Counted from the first letter of the whole stretch, positions 26,242 to 39,470 are shown. The stretch: DNA of 63,803 bases, filler included, from Conidiobolus incongruus B7586 (GCA_000697335.1; 19 parts of 19 records of this genome joined end to end with filler, not necessarily neighbours in it); one strand, 5' to 3'. The notes: generated by a model not told the origin, from the sequence alone. Numbers and translations: made by a program.

Positions 26242-26931
26242 NNNNNNNNNNNNNNNNNNNNNNNNNNNNNNNNNNNNNNNNNNNNTTAATTAATTAANNN
26301 NNNNNNNNNNNNNNNNNNNNNNNNNNNNNNNNNNNNNNNNNTATAAATATTATATTAAATTATAATAAAAAGGTAATAATAATTAAATAGAGTATTAGCT
26401 GAATTTTATTTATTTTTATTTATATTATATAAAAAAATCATATTTTAATTTTGAAATTTTACCATCATTTTATTTTTGAAAATATATAAAGATTTTTTTA
26501 ATAATTAAAATAAAAATTTTTATATAATATAATAATTAAATAAAACCTTTGTTATAGCATTTTAATAATTTTTTAATTAAGAAAGGGAATTACAAAAAAA
26601 TTTGATAGTAATATTTGAACTAGTTTTTATTGAAAAAATTTTGTTTTTAAGATAAAAACAAAAGGAATTTTAAAAGTAATTAATTTAATTACAACTGCCT
26701 TAATAAATAAATAATTTGATTTAGTTAAATCTTTACCTTTAGAAATATTTTGATATAATAAGTGATATTAAATTAATCCCTTTAACCTTAATAACTAGAT
26801 AGACTAGGTAAAAATATTGTTTATATTTAACAGTTCATTGGTTTAAAAAAGTCGAAAAGTCAAACCATACAATATGTAAATTGAAAAGATTGTAAAATAG
26901 TTCGATTATTATTAATAAAGAATAAATAAAA

Positions 26932-26962
<31 letters not shown>

Positions 26963-27219
26963 AATTGATAACTAATTATATAATAAAAAAATTAATTTAA
27001 AAATGAGCTAAGAAATTTAAAATAAGCTTACCTTGTAATATAATTAATTGTAATTATTTCAATAATGGTTATTAAAAATTTTTTGTTGAACTTGATCAGT
27101 TCAAAGAAATATAATTCTCCTAAGCATAATAACTTCAATTAAATTAATTCTTCAAGAAACTCTTTTTAACTTTAATCGACATAATCAAAGTTGAGATTGA
27201 AATTTTCATTTTTGAATTC

Positions 27220-27630
27220 TGGCGATGATTGGATAAATAAATCGCGCAATGATTGGTTGATACAATGATACGAATTACAAACTATTGCAAAATTAAGGTT
27301 GATGATGGTGCATTGATATCAACTGATTTTTCTCAGCTAATAACTCCACACTTTCCCATTAAACGCGAAAATGACCCAATCATATTGCGTAGTGATAATG
27401 AGAATATCACTATCAAGTTTGCGAAAATAGTAAAAGAATTGACCAATTAAAAATGGATAATTTTGCTTTAACCAATTAAATGAGACAGATTGATGACCAG
27501 ATAAAAATTTAAAGTATTTAATGATCTCATCCCCTTAACCAATGACCTGGGAACCTAATTTTTAAAAAAATTCTTCAACCAACCAGACCAAAAATTCTGT
27601 TATTAAAGACTTACCATAACGCGAAATCCC
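27220..27630 (+). promoter_or_regulatory. putative cell-cycle promoter of the kinase gene
   Basis: ACGCGAAA with CGCGAAA starting at 27364 and 27620; six CCAAT/ATTGG boxes at 27228, 27252, 27376, 27443, 27472 and 27539. Confidence 0.5.
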
Positions 27631-27942
27631 CCTACATTTCTCCCTTCACCTTTGATTTTACATCTATTGTTTAAGCTTTTTATTCTTATTGGTCTTATCC
27701 CGTGTTGTTTTTTGTCAACTGCATAACAGTATCAGCTCTCAACCATTTTAGGTATCCATTTTATTTCGAAAAACATACATAGTTGAACCCTGTGATATTG
27801 AACAGTCCCTCAGCTTATTATATAGTTTACCCCAGCACCCTTTCATCTGTCCAAGGGCTTTATTTGTCACCTTTATCATCCTTCCTTGTTTATACTCTTG
27901 TTTAAATTTAACTAAAAGATTTTTCAACTCATTTCATTTGGG

Positions 27943-29577
27943 ATGGATCAACTTACTAATTCCACCAAGTCATCTATTTCTGAGTCTCTTGACACTTCTG
28001 TTAACATTATAGATGATGTAGTTTTAATCAACAATGCCAGTTGTCCAGATGAAATTACAAGCAAACCTTCAAAACTCACTCCAACTTTTGAAAGAGACAC
28101 TGTTCGCCATGACCTTTTACAAACCCCATACAAGTGTCGTGTAAATCGACCAATTAACCAAAATAATACTAGCCCATCTGAGCCACCAAATGATCTTATT
28201 GATAACCTTCATTTTTCTCGTTTAAAGTTATCAACAATATCTAAAAATAAGGCGAACCGTGACACTCTTTCAAAAAATATTGAACAGTCTATGAACAAAA
28301 ACACTGCAACACGCCCACGTTGTAGATTCATTCAATCTCCTACTCGTGATTATTCGCGCAACACTTCTACGATATTAAAGACTGCCAGTAAAATTAAATA
28401 TACTAGACCCAAAACTGACTCCATTACACCATATCCTAAGCCTTGCCCAACTTCTTCAGTAAGGCCTTTTAAATATCGCTCAGTAAATATGGAAATATCA
28501 TGCACTGAGACCTCTTCCTCCCTTCCAACTCTTCCTCTGTCAACTCCAACCAACCCTTCCAGCAATACTCCCAATGAAAAGCTTCGACCTAACCCCGCTA
28601 TAAATTATCCTCCTACTCCTTCAACTTATTATCAAAATCAGCCTACTCAGTCCAATTCTAATAATATTAACGAAGATTCATGTGTGAAAGTAAACAATAC
28701 TCAGTATTTCAAGAAAGAGAGGCTAGGTAAAGGTGGGTTTGGTCAAGTATATAAAGTATTGTCACCATCTATGGACACATATGCTTTGAAAATCATATCG
28801 ATCTCTTCTACCTCGAATCTGAATCTATATCATCATGAAGCTCAAATACTAAAATCCCTCAAAGGAAATCCACATATCATTGAACTAGTCGAATACGAGC
28901 TGGATGAAGTGAGAAACACCTTAAAAGTGGTTATGGAATGTGGTGGCAATGACTTAGAAGTAATTTTAAGACAAGACCGTGAAATTGGACTCAATATGGC
29001 CAAAATTAGGGGTTACTGGCAGCATATACTGGAAGCTGTGAACACTATCCATAAAGCAGGTCTCATTCATTCCGACTTGAAGCCCTCCAATTTTGTTATG
29101 TGCAAATCCCGTCTAAAAATCATTGATTTCGGTATATCACAAGTACTCGACCATTCTCACCTTATCGATTCTGTCTCTCAAAACGGATCCCGCTTCTTGG
29201 GTGGAACGCCAAGCTATCTAGCACCCGAGGTGTGGCATAACATGAGGAGGCGCTCAAGGGGCGATCAGCCTGAGCCAATGGGGCAGAAAGTCGATGTTTG
29301 GGCACTTGGTTGTATATTATACTATATGCTATATGGAAGAACGCCAATACCTGGCTCAACACCTGAAGAGAAGCAAGAGTACATTGTTAATAATGGTTTT
29401 ACCATACCTTTCTATCCATACTACCAGTCCTCACCCAATCCCGATTTGGATCACTCCAGCAACTCGAGAACTGTGCCACCACTCGCAATCGACGTCATTC
29501 AAAGATGTCTCCAATATCATGCATTTGACCGCCCAACAGTCGAAGAGCTTCTTAGCCATCCCTTCCTCAAAGACTAA
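27943..29577 (+). CDS. Mps1/TTK-like dual-specificity protein kinase
   Basis: Low-complexity S/T/P/N-rich N-terminus and a C-terminal kinase domain: GKGGFGQVY, YALK, VVMECG, YWQHILEAV..IH, HSDLKPSNF, LKIIDFGI, GTPSYLAPE, DVWALGCILYYMLYGRTP. HSDLKP and YW..M/ILEAV are Mps1-family features. Confidence 0.8.
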   Translation: MDQLTNSTKSSISESLDTSVNIIDDVVLINNASCPDEITSKPSKLTPTFERDTVRHDLLQTPYKCRVNRPINQNNTSPSEPPNDLIDNLHFSRLKLSTISKNKANRDTLSKNIEQSMNKNTATRPRCRFIQSPTRDYSRNTSTILKTASKIKYTRPKTDSITPYPKPCPTSSVRPFKYRSVNMEISCTETSSSLPTLPLSTPTNPSSNTPNEKLRPNPAINYPPTPSTYYQNQPTQSNSNNINEDSCVKVNNTQYFKKERLGKGGFGQVYKVLSPSMDTYALKIISISSTSNLNLYHHEAQILKSLKGNPHIIELVEYELDEVRNTLKVVMECGGNDLEVILRQDREIGLNMAKIRGYWQHILEAVNTIHKAGLIHSDLKPSNFVMCKSRLKIIDFGISQVLDHSHLIDSVSQNGSRFLGGTPSYLAPEVWHNMRRRSRGDQPEPMGQKVDVWALGCILYYMLYGRTPIPGSTPEEKQEYIVNNGFTIPFYPYYQSSPNPDLDHSSNSRTVPPLAIDVIQRCLQYHAFDRPTVEELLSHPFLKD

Positions 29578-31505
29578 TTCTAAATCCTCCGTCTATTATC
29601 CTTCCAAACATCCCTATTTTTAGCTCACTTGTACTTTGTTTTCTTTACATTCTGAATTGCATCGCATTGTGGGTTTTCATTACCACTTTACTAAAACTAA
29701 CCTTCTAAATTCATTCTAGCTTTAATAAACTTCCATCCCCTTTTCCTTTTTTTAAGTTATATTGAGTCTAGTGTGTTTTATCTTCAATTTTGAAATATAA
29801 AAATGCTTTATCGAATTCTCTGACATTGATTTGATCATATGTGTTTGATGAGTCCTTAAGATATTTGTTTATCATATTAATATACTAAGTTATTAACCAT
29901 ATAAAGTTAACATAGTTATTTAAACCTATTTTGTGTTTTTAACAGAGTATTCAAAACCTTATACTAATATAAAAATCACGTAAATATCAACTCTAATAAC
30001 TGAATATAACTAATCTAGACTTGGAAAAAGAGTTTTGATTTAAATTTCAAAAATTTATTAAGAATTCTAATACAATTAAAATTAACTAATATTTTAATTG
30101 AAAATTATCAATATTATCAATAAAATTTTTCATAATATTGAGAATATTAATAATTGTAAAATGTATCAATATTAAATTAATAACAAAAAAATAACGAAAA
30201 AAAAATTACTTTAAATTTTCTATTGTATTGAAAATTTAATCAAACCTGAAAATTTATTAATTATATTTCATTTTCTCATTGTTAAATTTTAATTTTATCC
30301 ATTTTTATAAATAATATAATTAAATTATATCTATATATATAATAATTATAAATATCAAAATATATATATATTTAACAATGAAATATAAATTTTGTTAATA
30401 TTTAAAATTATTATATTAAGAAACTTAAAAATATTAAAATAATTAATTATATTATATTATCGAATTATTCTTGATAATGTATACTATATTAAAAGATTTT
30501 AAAACTTTGGATTAATATAAGATAGTTAATCAATTTCTGTCATACCTTTTCGATTTTCTTACTATAGTTAATATTATATTAATATATTATAATTAAATCT
30601 ATATTTATTTAGTGGTATATTAATTGAAATTCTCAAGATTTAAAATGGTTTCAAGCTACTCGAGATTATATAGTACAATTTATTAAAATAAATCATATTC
30701 ACTTTTCAATTTGTTAATATTTATTTTGATTCAATAATATTGAGTTTTATTAATCAAAGAATGAAAAATGTTGAATCAGTAATTTCCAACATTTTTTAAT
30801 TTTAATCAAATTGACCAATTTGATATCAACAAAAAGATGAATTCATTTTTTGTATTCGACTTGTAATTTAATATTTAATTAATATTACAATAATTAGTTA
30901 TATCTTCATCTATTAGTCATTCTTTCAAATTCTATTTTAATTTCAAATTTGATTAATGAAATATTCAGATAGATATTCATGTTTAGTTAATAACCAATTA
31001 TTATTATTACAAAACTATTATTATTATTGTTCTATTTATCTGATTGGCTATAGTCATTTGATAATTAATATTGATTCGTTGAAAAATCTTTAAAATTCAA
31101 CTGATAAAGCTCTGATAATTTTTTATATTACGTCATAATATTATTTACACAATTAAATCTAATAGCGATCATAAGTCATATTTGGTATTATTAACATTTT
31201 GAATGAAAATAAAGTCAATTATAACATTTGTAATAATAATATCATTATTATGACAATTAATTGATGTGATTGAAATATCAATATTAAATAAATATAATTC
31301 AAAGGTAATGAGGAAAATCAATAATAATTGAAATAATGATGAATTAAATAAATTAAAGGAAATTAAATTAAATAAATTACAGAAATTAGAATAAATCTAA
31401 GAATTTAATTAATTAGGAAGAAATAATTTGAATAAAGGAAAAATAAATAGAAATGAGAAAATAATGATTTTTGGTATTTTTATAGATATTAAATTTGTGG
31501 AACAA

Positions 31506-31577
31506 GGCTCAATGGTCTAGTCGTACGATTCTCCGTTCGGGTCGGAGAGGTCCCGGGTTCAATTCCCGGTTGAGCCC
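31506..31577 (+). tRNA. tRNA-Pro(CGG)
   Basis: 72-nt cloverleaf: acceptor stem GGCTCAA/TTGAGCC, anticodon arm CTCCG-TTCGGGT-CGGAG, T-arm CCGGG-TTCAATT-CCCGG, and a downstream T-run terminator. Confidence 0.93.
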
Positions 31578-31925
31578 TGAATTTGTTTTTTATTATTTCT
31601 TACCAAAGATATAATCAATCATATTATTCCATCGTAAATTTATTTATCTATGTGCTGCTGAACTTAGTTTTTTAATTACAATATTTTACTCATTTAAATA
31701 ACTTTACTTTAGATATTAACTTATAAATTTTTTAATACATATATATATATATATATTGATTTATTGTATATTTAATTTTTCCTATTAATCCAAAATAAAT
31801 ATGAATTATTTATAACCAACTTTTGATTTTGAGTACTAATCAATTAATTTAGATTATAAATATTAAAGTTATTTTAAAATTAAATAATAATAGTCTTTTT
31901 AATATATAATTTATTAATATATATA

Positions 31926-32050
31926 TACTAACTTGCAAAAGTGAGTTATAAAATAAAAATCACTTATATATTTACCCATAACTTAAATTATTCTTAACTA
32001 AATTAATTTAAATTAAAGTATATAATTAAAGTAAATTACCTGATTATAAT
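31926..32050 (+). mobile_element. left end of a Tc1-like copy; a right-TIR remnant lies at 33286-33305
   Basis: Nearly identical to 36650-36775 apart from transitions. Confidence 0.8.
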
Positions 32051-32150
32051 NNNNNNNNNNNNNNNNNNNNNNNNNNNNNNNNNNNNNNNNNNNNTTAATT
32101 AATTAANNNNNNNNNNNNNNNNNNNNNNNNNNNNNNNNNNNNNNNNNNNN

Positions 32151-33067
32151 TTTTTTTCAAATTATATTCAAAATACTAATTTAAAATAGTTTTATTTAAA
32201 AAAAATATAAAGTTTATTATTAATTGATTTTTTTTAATAATTAAATAAAAATAATATATGCTATTATAATTTTATATAATGATTAATATTTACTTAACAA
32301 TAAATTATTTATTTAATAGAATTTATAAAAAAAGTTAATTTAACTTAATCCAACATTTTAATTTATATTTTAATAAAGGATTATAAAAAAACCAAGATTC
32401 ATCAAATAATAATTTGCTATAAAAGCTTTAATTTCTAACTATACCTTAGTAAGTTTTATTTGACAATCACTACTTTAACTTTTTTTAAGCTTTAGTTAAA
32501 TTATAAGGTATTTATTTTATATTTTTATTAATTAATTTTAATTTAAACTTTAATATATATAAAATACTGATATGATTAAAATTAAAGTATCTTAATAATA
32601 CTCTTGTTAAAATAAAATAATACTTTTTAATATATTTTTTCACTTAATTAATAATTAAAAAATAATAATTAAAATTAATTTTTTAGATTTTAATAAGTTT
32701 TAGATAATTTCTCTTTTAATTTTAAAATAATTTACCAAGTAATAAATTGTTGAATTAAATAATATTTTATTATTAAAAATTGCTTGTAAATTTGAAATAA
32801 GTTTAGAGAGTTTATAGTTAGGTTTTATTAATACTAAAATAAAAGACTTTTAATAGTTACTATTTAATTTAAACAAAATTAAATTAAATAACTAATTTTA
32901 TAAAATTAATTTTTTGATCAAAAAAATCACCATATATATAAATATATATATAATTCAAAACTATTTATTTTCTTATTTATTTTATATATATTTTTTTATT
33001 TAAAACTAATAATATATTTGAAAAATCAGAAATTAAAAAATTTCCCATTTTTTTAATTCTATAGTAA
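32151..33067 (-). mobile_element. 5' part of a mariner-like copy
   Basis: Close reverse complement of 11631-12540, ending AAATTTCCCATTTTTTAATTCTATAGTAA-TA. Confidence 0.75.
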
Positions 33068-35699
33068 TAATAATATAATATGAAAATATAAATAAAGTTT
33101 AATTAAGTTTTAATAAATAATAAGATATTAATATATTAGCTTTTATATTAGATAATACTAATATACTATAATAATAGCAAAATATNNNNNNNNNNNNNNN
33201 NNNNNNNNNNNNNNNNNNNNNNNNNNNNNTTAATTAATTAANNNNNNNNNNNNNNNNNNNNNNNNNNNNNNNNNNNNNNNNNNNNCTTACTTTTATAGGC
33301 TAATATATATTGTATCTAAATTATTATTTTAATATTTTAATAATTAATTATATAACAAGTTAAATAATTTATCCATTTTAATAAATATTTTTTAAAATAA
33401 TAAAATAAGTATTTTAATATTATATATATAATAATTAGATATTATAAATGGCCTATAGCCTTATTTTAATTAAACTCAAATTATTTTTTAAAAAGTGATA
33501 ATATTGTTAATATATACAACCTACCCTACTCTTCCTTCAATATTTCTAAGTAATATTTAAAGATTCTAATTTTTTTATTGATCAAGTAAATATTTAAGAA
33601 TTAATTGTAAAATATAATTATTTTGTATTAAATATCTCTATTTTATATTTGCCAAATTATTTTTCAGTAGTATGATTTGAAAGTCTTTTTATATTCATTT
33701 GAATTTTAAGTCTATTTTAAAACAAGATATAATATTTTACTTTATATAACAATTTAATTAATAATTATTCAATTTTGGAAATATGGAAGTTTTGAAATTT
33801 ATATTAATATTATTTATCACTGAGATTTCATTCAAAACTTTATTAATATAATACGTTATTATTTTTTATAAAAATATCAAAATGATATTGAATTTAGGTT
33901 AAAAAATTATATTTAAACATAACAATATGTATTTTTAATTTAAAAATTTATTTTTTAAAATTTTTTCGATAAATATATTCACCTATTTGATTCGAATCAA
34001 AGTTATGGAAAATTTCTATCATTAATATAATCCTTGATTAGTGTCAGAATTACCTAAAGCTGTAATATATCTTATTATTTCACCTAAAAATATACTATTA
34101 TTCCAACAATATACAAATTAGTTAGAACTAAATCATAATATAAATCAAAAAATAAACCAAAGTAGGAAAAAAGAATAAATCATATTTTATGAATAAATGA
34201 AATTTTAAATCAAGTGTATTGTCAGATTATAATGTCTAGATAAATAATAGTTTTAGTTTTTATTTTTTTTGCACTAATTAGTATTATAATTACTAGAGAA
34301 GTTTATGCTTTTTAGTTAAATTTTTGTTTGATCGTTTATATTATAGCAATTATTTCACTTGAAGTGTATTTTTAATAAGGCCATCTTTATCGTTTTTATT
34401 TGAATGTATTGAATTTAAGATTTTATATATATTAAAATATTACTATAAAGTTAACATATGTGTATTTTTTACCTTAAATACAATGTTAACCATATAGTAT
34501 GCTTATTATAATTATTTAAACTAACTAGCTTATCAATACTTTTTTAACTATTTTACTTAAAATGTAACTTTTGATACAAATAATGTTCTAAAATATCATG
34601 CTTGATCAATTAAACTGAGATCAATTTTTAATAACTAATGAAAATTTCGGCCTTTTTACCAGTAAGATGAGAAATATGTAATGATCATTTACTGATACGT
34701 ATTGAGGTGATACCTAAGGCAAAATGTCACTATATATAATATATGCTTATCTTCAGTAAATTCAAATACCTCTCCCTGAACTTGATATTATTCCAGGATT
34801 AATTCATCCAACTCAAGGTATTGATCTCAGTATTAGAAGATTATTGGCATTTATATCATACTGCTTTAGAAATTTCAACTCAATAGCTAAATTTATTTAG
34901 ATTACCTAATGTTTATTTCATATTAACAGTTGTTTTCTATAGTTTTTTCCCAACTCAATCCAACATTGAAATATCGAATAATAAGGAAAAAATAATTAGT
35001 TCACTTCTCAATACTATTGAAAATTATAAACATCATTTAAACTTTAAATATGAATCGAAACTATGATCAAAACTTGATTATTTTTTAATCAGTCAATTAT
35101 TCAAGATGGCTACTGTACATATTGATCACTTATTTTATTATTTAGCCTTATATAAACCACCTTTCTGTTTAAAAAGCTGTTCGAAAGTAAAAAAGAGCTT
35201 AAAGCTAAGGCTGAAAAAATTTGCAAGGAGTTAGGTTTATTAAGTGTGGCTTAAAACTACCAAATTACCCAAATCCATCGTTGATCTGATAAACTATTTT
35301 ATCAGCAACTTGACTATTGCAAGAATTGTAATACAATTAATATTGGCTTTTATAAGCAAAGTAAATTCTGAAGATTTAGAAATTTTATCTTTTGTTAAAT
35401 TTTATAATTCATTACCCTCTTCATATCATTTGATAAAATATAAATATAAAAGTGTAAATTTCAGATTAACACCAATTCGATCTAAAATTGAAATTAAAGT
35501 TCAGTCACCACATTTAGCATGATTTTGGAACTATTTTATATAAAATATTGGTAATATTAAATAACATTTATATTTAGATAATATGCCTTTTAAGTCAATT
35601 AATAGATTTTATTTAATATAATCTATATTATTTTAATATTGGAATTGATTATAAATATTTATACCTTTTAAATAAACATTACTATATTTTGAATTAAAT

Positions 35700-35999
35700 T
35701 GTCGCGCATCTGGAGATCGCTGGTCATTCAATTTTAACCGTCTTTCATGATTCCGAATATAATCCATTCACAAATACCTGGTACAATCCTTGCATAATGG
35801 TAAATTCGAGACTATAACAGTAATTGGCGTTTCAACACACTGGCAAAGGGCTAACCAAAGTATAAAATAGTCCGCTGAGCACCCGTTCGCTCAGGGATCA
35901 TCTCGATCAGGGCCAAGCCCTACACCTTGATATTTCAATAAAACCCTTTAAAGTATCCCTTTAGCCTTCCTAGGTCCGATTTATCGGATCTACGTAATA
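35700..35999 (+). mobile_element. putative solo LTR (~300 bp)
   Basis: GC-richer island starting TGTCGCG and ending CGTAATA (imperfect inverted repeat). TATAAAA at 35861 and AATAAA at 35937. No clean TSD. Confidence 0.55.
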
Positions 36000-36649
36000 T
36001 TTATTGCAAGTCTACTTTCTAGAAGACCTGCAATATAAAAAAAGCAGTTGTTATTATTTTATGAGTATACAAACAATACAATGTATTTTCAAATATTATT
36101 AAATGGATAGCAATATAATTATAGTGTGTTTGCATTAGTATATAACTAAAGTTTTTCCATTTAAAATAAGATCAAATAAATAAAAGTAAAATAAAGAAAT
36201 ATTAGTAGGTATTAAAAATTAATTTTTTTGAGTCTTAATATATAAAATATCTATCAATAATATGGGGAAATCTAGATTAAATAATTTCAACATATTTCAA
36301 AAGAATTTATTCTTTTATATAAATAGCTGATAATTAATAGCATAGTTTATTTGGGTTCTTAAATAAATTATATATAGTATTATAAACTTAATATATTAAA
36401 TAAATTTTATTTAACATAAAAATTATTTATTAGTTATTAATTCAAAATAATTATTTATTAGTTATTATAATAATCAATTTAAAATTATTAATTATTTTAT
36501 TATAATAATTATTATTTATATCAATAACTCCAAATAATTTATATATCAAATGAATTTAATCTTTTTAATATATAACTCTCATATATTATAATATTATAAT
36601 ATTATAATAATCAAAATTAAAATATTAAATATTGATATCAAAAAATATA

Positions 36650-38226
36650 CACTAGCTTGCAAAAATGAGTCATAAAATAAAAATCACTTATATATTTACT
36701 TGTAACTTAAATAATTCTTAACTAAATTAATTTAAATTAAAATATATAATTAAAGTATATTACATGATTATAATAGGTTATATTTAATTATATTTAATAC
36801 ATTATTGGTTAATATATCAAATCTTAAATTTTAAATAAGATGAGTCATAAATTTATGGGTTTATGAGTTAAAAGGGTATATAAAATAAAAATTATTTAAA
36901 TTTTTTTTATTAAATTATATATATATATTAATAATATCATTATAAATAATATTAGTATTAAAATGCTTAAATCCCTCTTTAAAAAAACTCACTTATATAT
37001 TAATTAACTCTAAAGTAAAAATAAATCAACTTATAAGATTATTGGAATTATTAATGTTAGTTAGTTTATTATAGCTAAGATTATTAAAAATTATAATAAG
37101 GATATATCTAAACTTAAAGTTAAATATATTCAGATTATAAATAAATATAATGAAAAATATATTTATAGGTTATTAATATAAGTTAATATAATATTATTAT
37201 AGATATATAATATTATTATAGAAATATAAAAAGAATTATAAAACTATATAAGAATATTAACTAATATTAATATTATTATATATATTTTATATTATAATAG
37301 ATATTATTTGCACCTTAAAAAAAACACCCCCAATTAAAAAAGTTTTACTATAAAGTTAAATAAGAGTTTAAATGTCACCATTAAAGTTAAACTGAAACTA
37401 ATTAAAATAAAGTTATTTAGTTTAATGAAACAAAAATATATCTTAATAAATTTGATAAAAAAGCTAAATATTTCAAAAAAAAACAAAAATTACTTTGTAA
37501 TTATTATGTTATTTCAATTGAAAAATATATTGATAGGTTAATTATAGTTTAGGGATATATATTATCTTCTAATATAAAGTATCTTTGTAAAGTTAATAGG
37601 GGAATTAATACTAAGATATATTAAAATATTCTAAATAATAAATTAAAAAAAACTTATAAATAATATAGGTTAAATAAATTAAATATTATTTTCCAACAAA
37701 ATAATACCCTTTATTACACTATTGTTTTTACTACCAAATAGTTTAAAAATAATACAATAATAGTTATAAAGTAGCTTTTTTAATCCTCTAACCTTAATCT
37801 AATTAAATATCTTTGGAATCAGTTAAAAAATATATTTAAAGCTTTCCTATTAGGAAAAAATTTAAATAAGCTTTAAGAATATATTTAACAAACTTAAAAT
37901 TAAATCAATCCTTTTTAATATAAGATGTTAGTTGACTTTATACCTTTTAAACTTAAGGAAGTTAGAAAAGCAAAAAATATATATATTAAGTTTTAATTTT
38001 CTTTCTATAAACAAAATATATAAATTTATAACTTATTTTAAATAAAATTTAAATTTTAATATATCAACTAAAAGTTAATATAATTAGATCAAATTTATTA
38101 AATTACAAATAAATAATATAAGTTTATTATATATTTTAATTAGAATTAATTTAATTAAGAATTAACAGAGTTATTGATAAAAATATATATAATCTTAATT
38201 TTATCACTTATTTTTATAGGCTAATA
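36650..38226 (+). mobile_element. degenerate full-length Tc1-like (DD34E) transposon, ~1.58 kb
   Basis: TA-flanked TIRs CACTAGCTTGCAAAAATGAGTCATAAAAT ... ATTTTATCACTTATTTTTATAGGCTAATA. Ghost transposase motifs VI*FNETK (WSDETK), IIFQQNNTLYY (FQQDNAPCH) and SSNLNLIKYLWNQLK (SPDLNPIEHLW). Confidence 0.85.
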
Positions 38227-39470
38227 TATATTTNNNNNNNNNNNNNNNNNNNNNNNNNNNNNNNNNNNNNNNNNNNNTTAATTAATTAANNNNNNNNNNN
38301 NNNNNNNNNNNNNNNNNNNNNNNNNNNNNNNNNTAATAAATTTATTTTTGAAATTTTATAAATTTAATAAAATATATATATATATATATATAAAATAATA
38401 ATTTTATTAATACAATTAACTATAATTATTGTTCAGTAAAAGAATATAGTGTTTGTTTTCCAATATATTGATATAAAAAATAATTTTTTACAAATTTCTT
38501 GAAGCTATAAGGTTCTATAATTTGATTATAATCATAAATATAATATAATATTGTAAAATTTATGTATCGGTGTAATGTTTCATAATTATTATTAAGTTAA
38601 TTTTGAAACATTAATTTTTTATTAAAATCTATATATTCTAAGAAAAACTTGGAAATCTACTGTTATATCATATGAAACACACTTTATCTATAGTTATTTC
38701 CGATTCAAAGATTATTACTATATGAATCAAATTATAAAACAGTAATTAGTCGATACATTGTAGAATATAAATATAAATAATAATCAATATGTATTAAATG
38801 TGTTTCAACAGAATAATTCAATAGCTGAAATGAAGATAATTTGTGATTAAATACAATTAAATTGATCCAAATTCCTGGTAATTAATGGAAGGACCTGAAT
38901 ATAATAAACACATAATACCCCAATAAAATTCTGATAATAATATTTAATGATAAAATTATATTTTTAATCTCCTTAGTAAATTTAGATTATTAATTAAAAT
39001 CAAAATAATATTATAATTGGATTTAAATTAAATAATCCGTTTATACTAAAAATAATATTTTAATTTTTTAAAATTATAATTAATTTGAACTAATTTTATT
39101 TAGTTGATTCTAATTATAAATCAATTATTATATGAGCTTATATTAATGCTATAATATTGAATAAAATTAACTAATGAACTATGTATGAATTGATATTATA
39201 TATTTGATATATTTTAATTATAATATTAATAAATGTATTGGTCATAATAAACAATAAAACTAATATTATGTCAAATGTAGGGGTTAAAAAATAGAAAAAG
39301 TTGGTTATAAAATCTATGTATAAATTAGGAGAATTTTAAAGTAACTAAAGGGATAGATCAAAGTAATTCAACTTTAGTTAAGTATATAAAAACTAAAAAT
39401 ATTTCTCAAATTTATTTAACTGTTCAATTTAATTTATTAAAATAATTTATAATATATAAAATAATATAAT

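Noticed and set aside
27253..27450. 65-aa ORF upstream of the kinase
   Set aside because: Non-ATG start in the track, coincides with the promoter motif cluster, and has no recognisable domain.
34645..34675. GCCTTTTTACC resembling U5 snRNA loop 1
   Set aside because: It has one extra T, no convincing closing stem and no recognisable Sm site.
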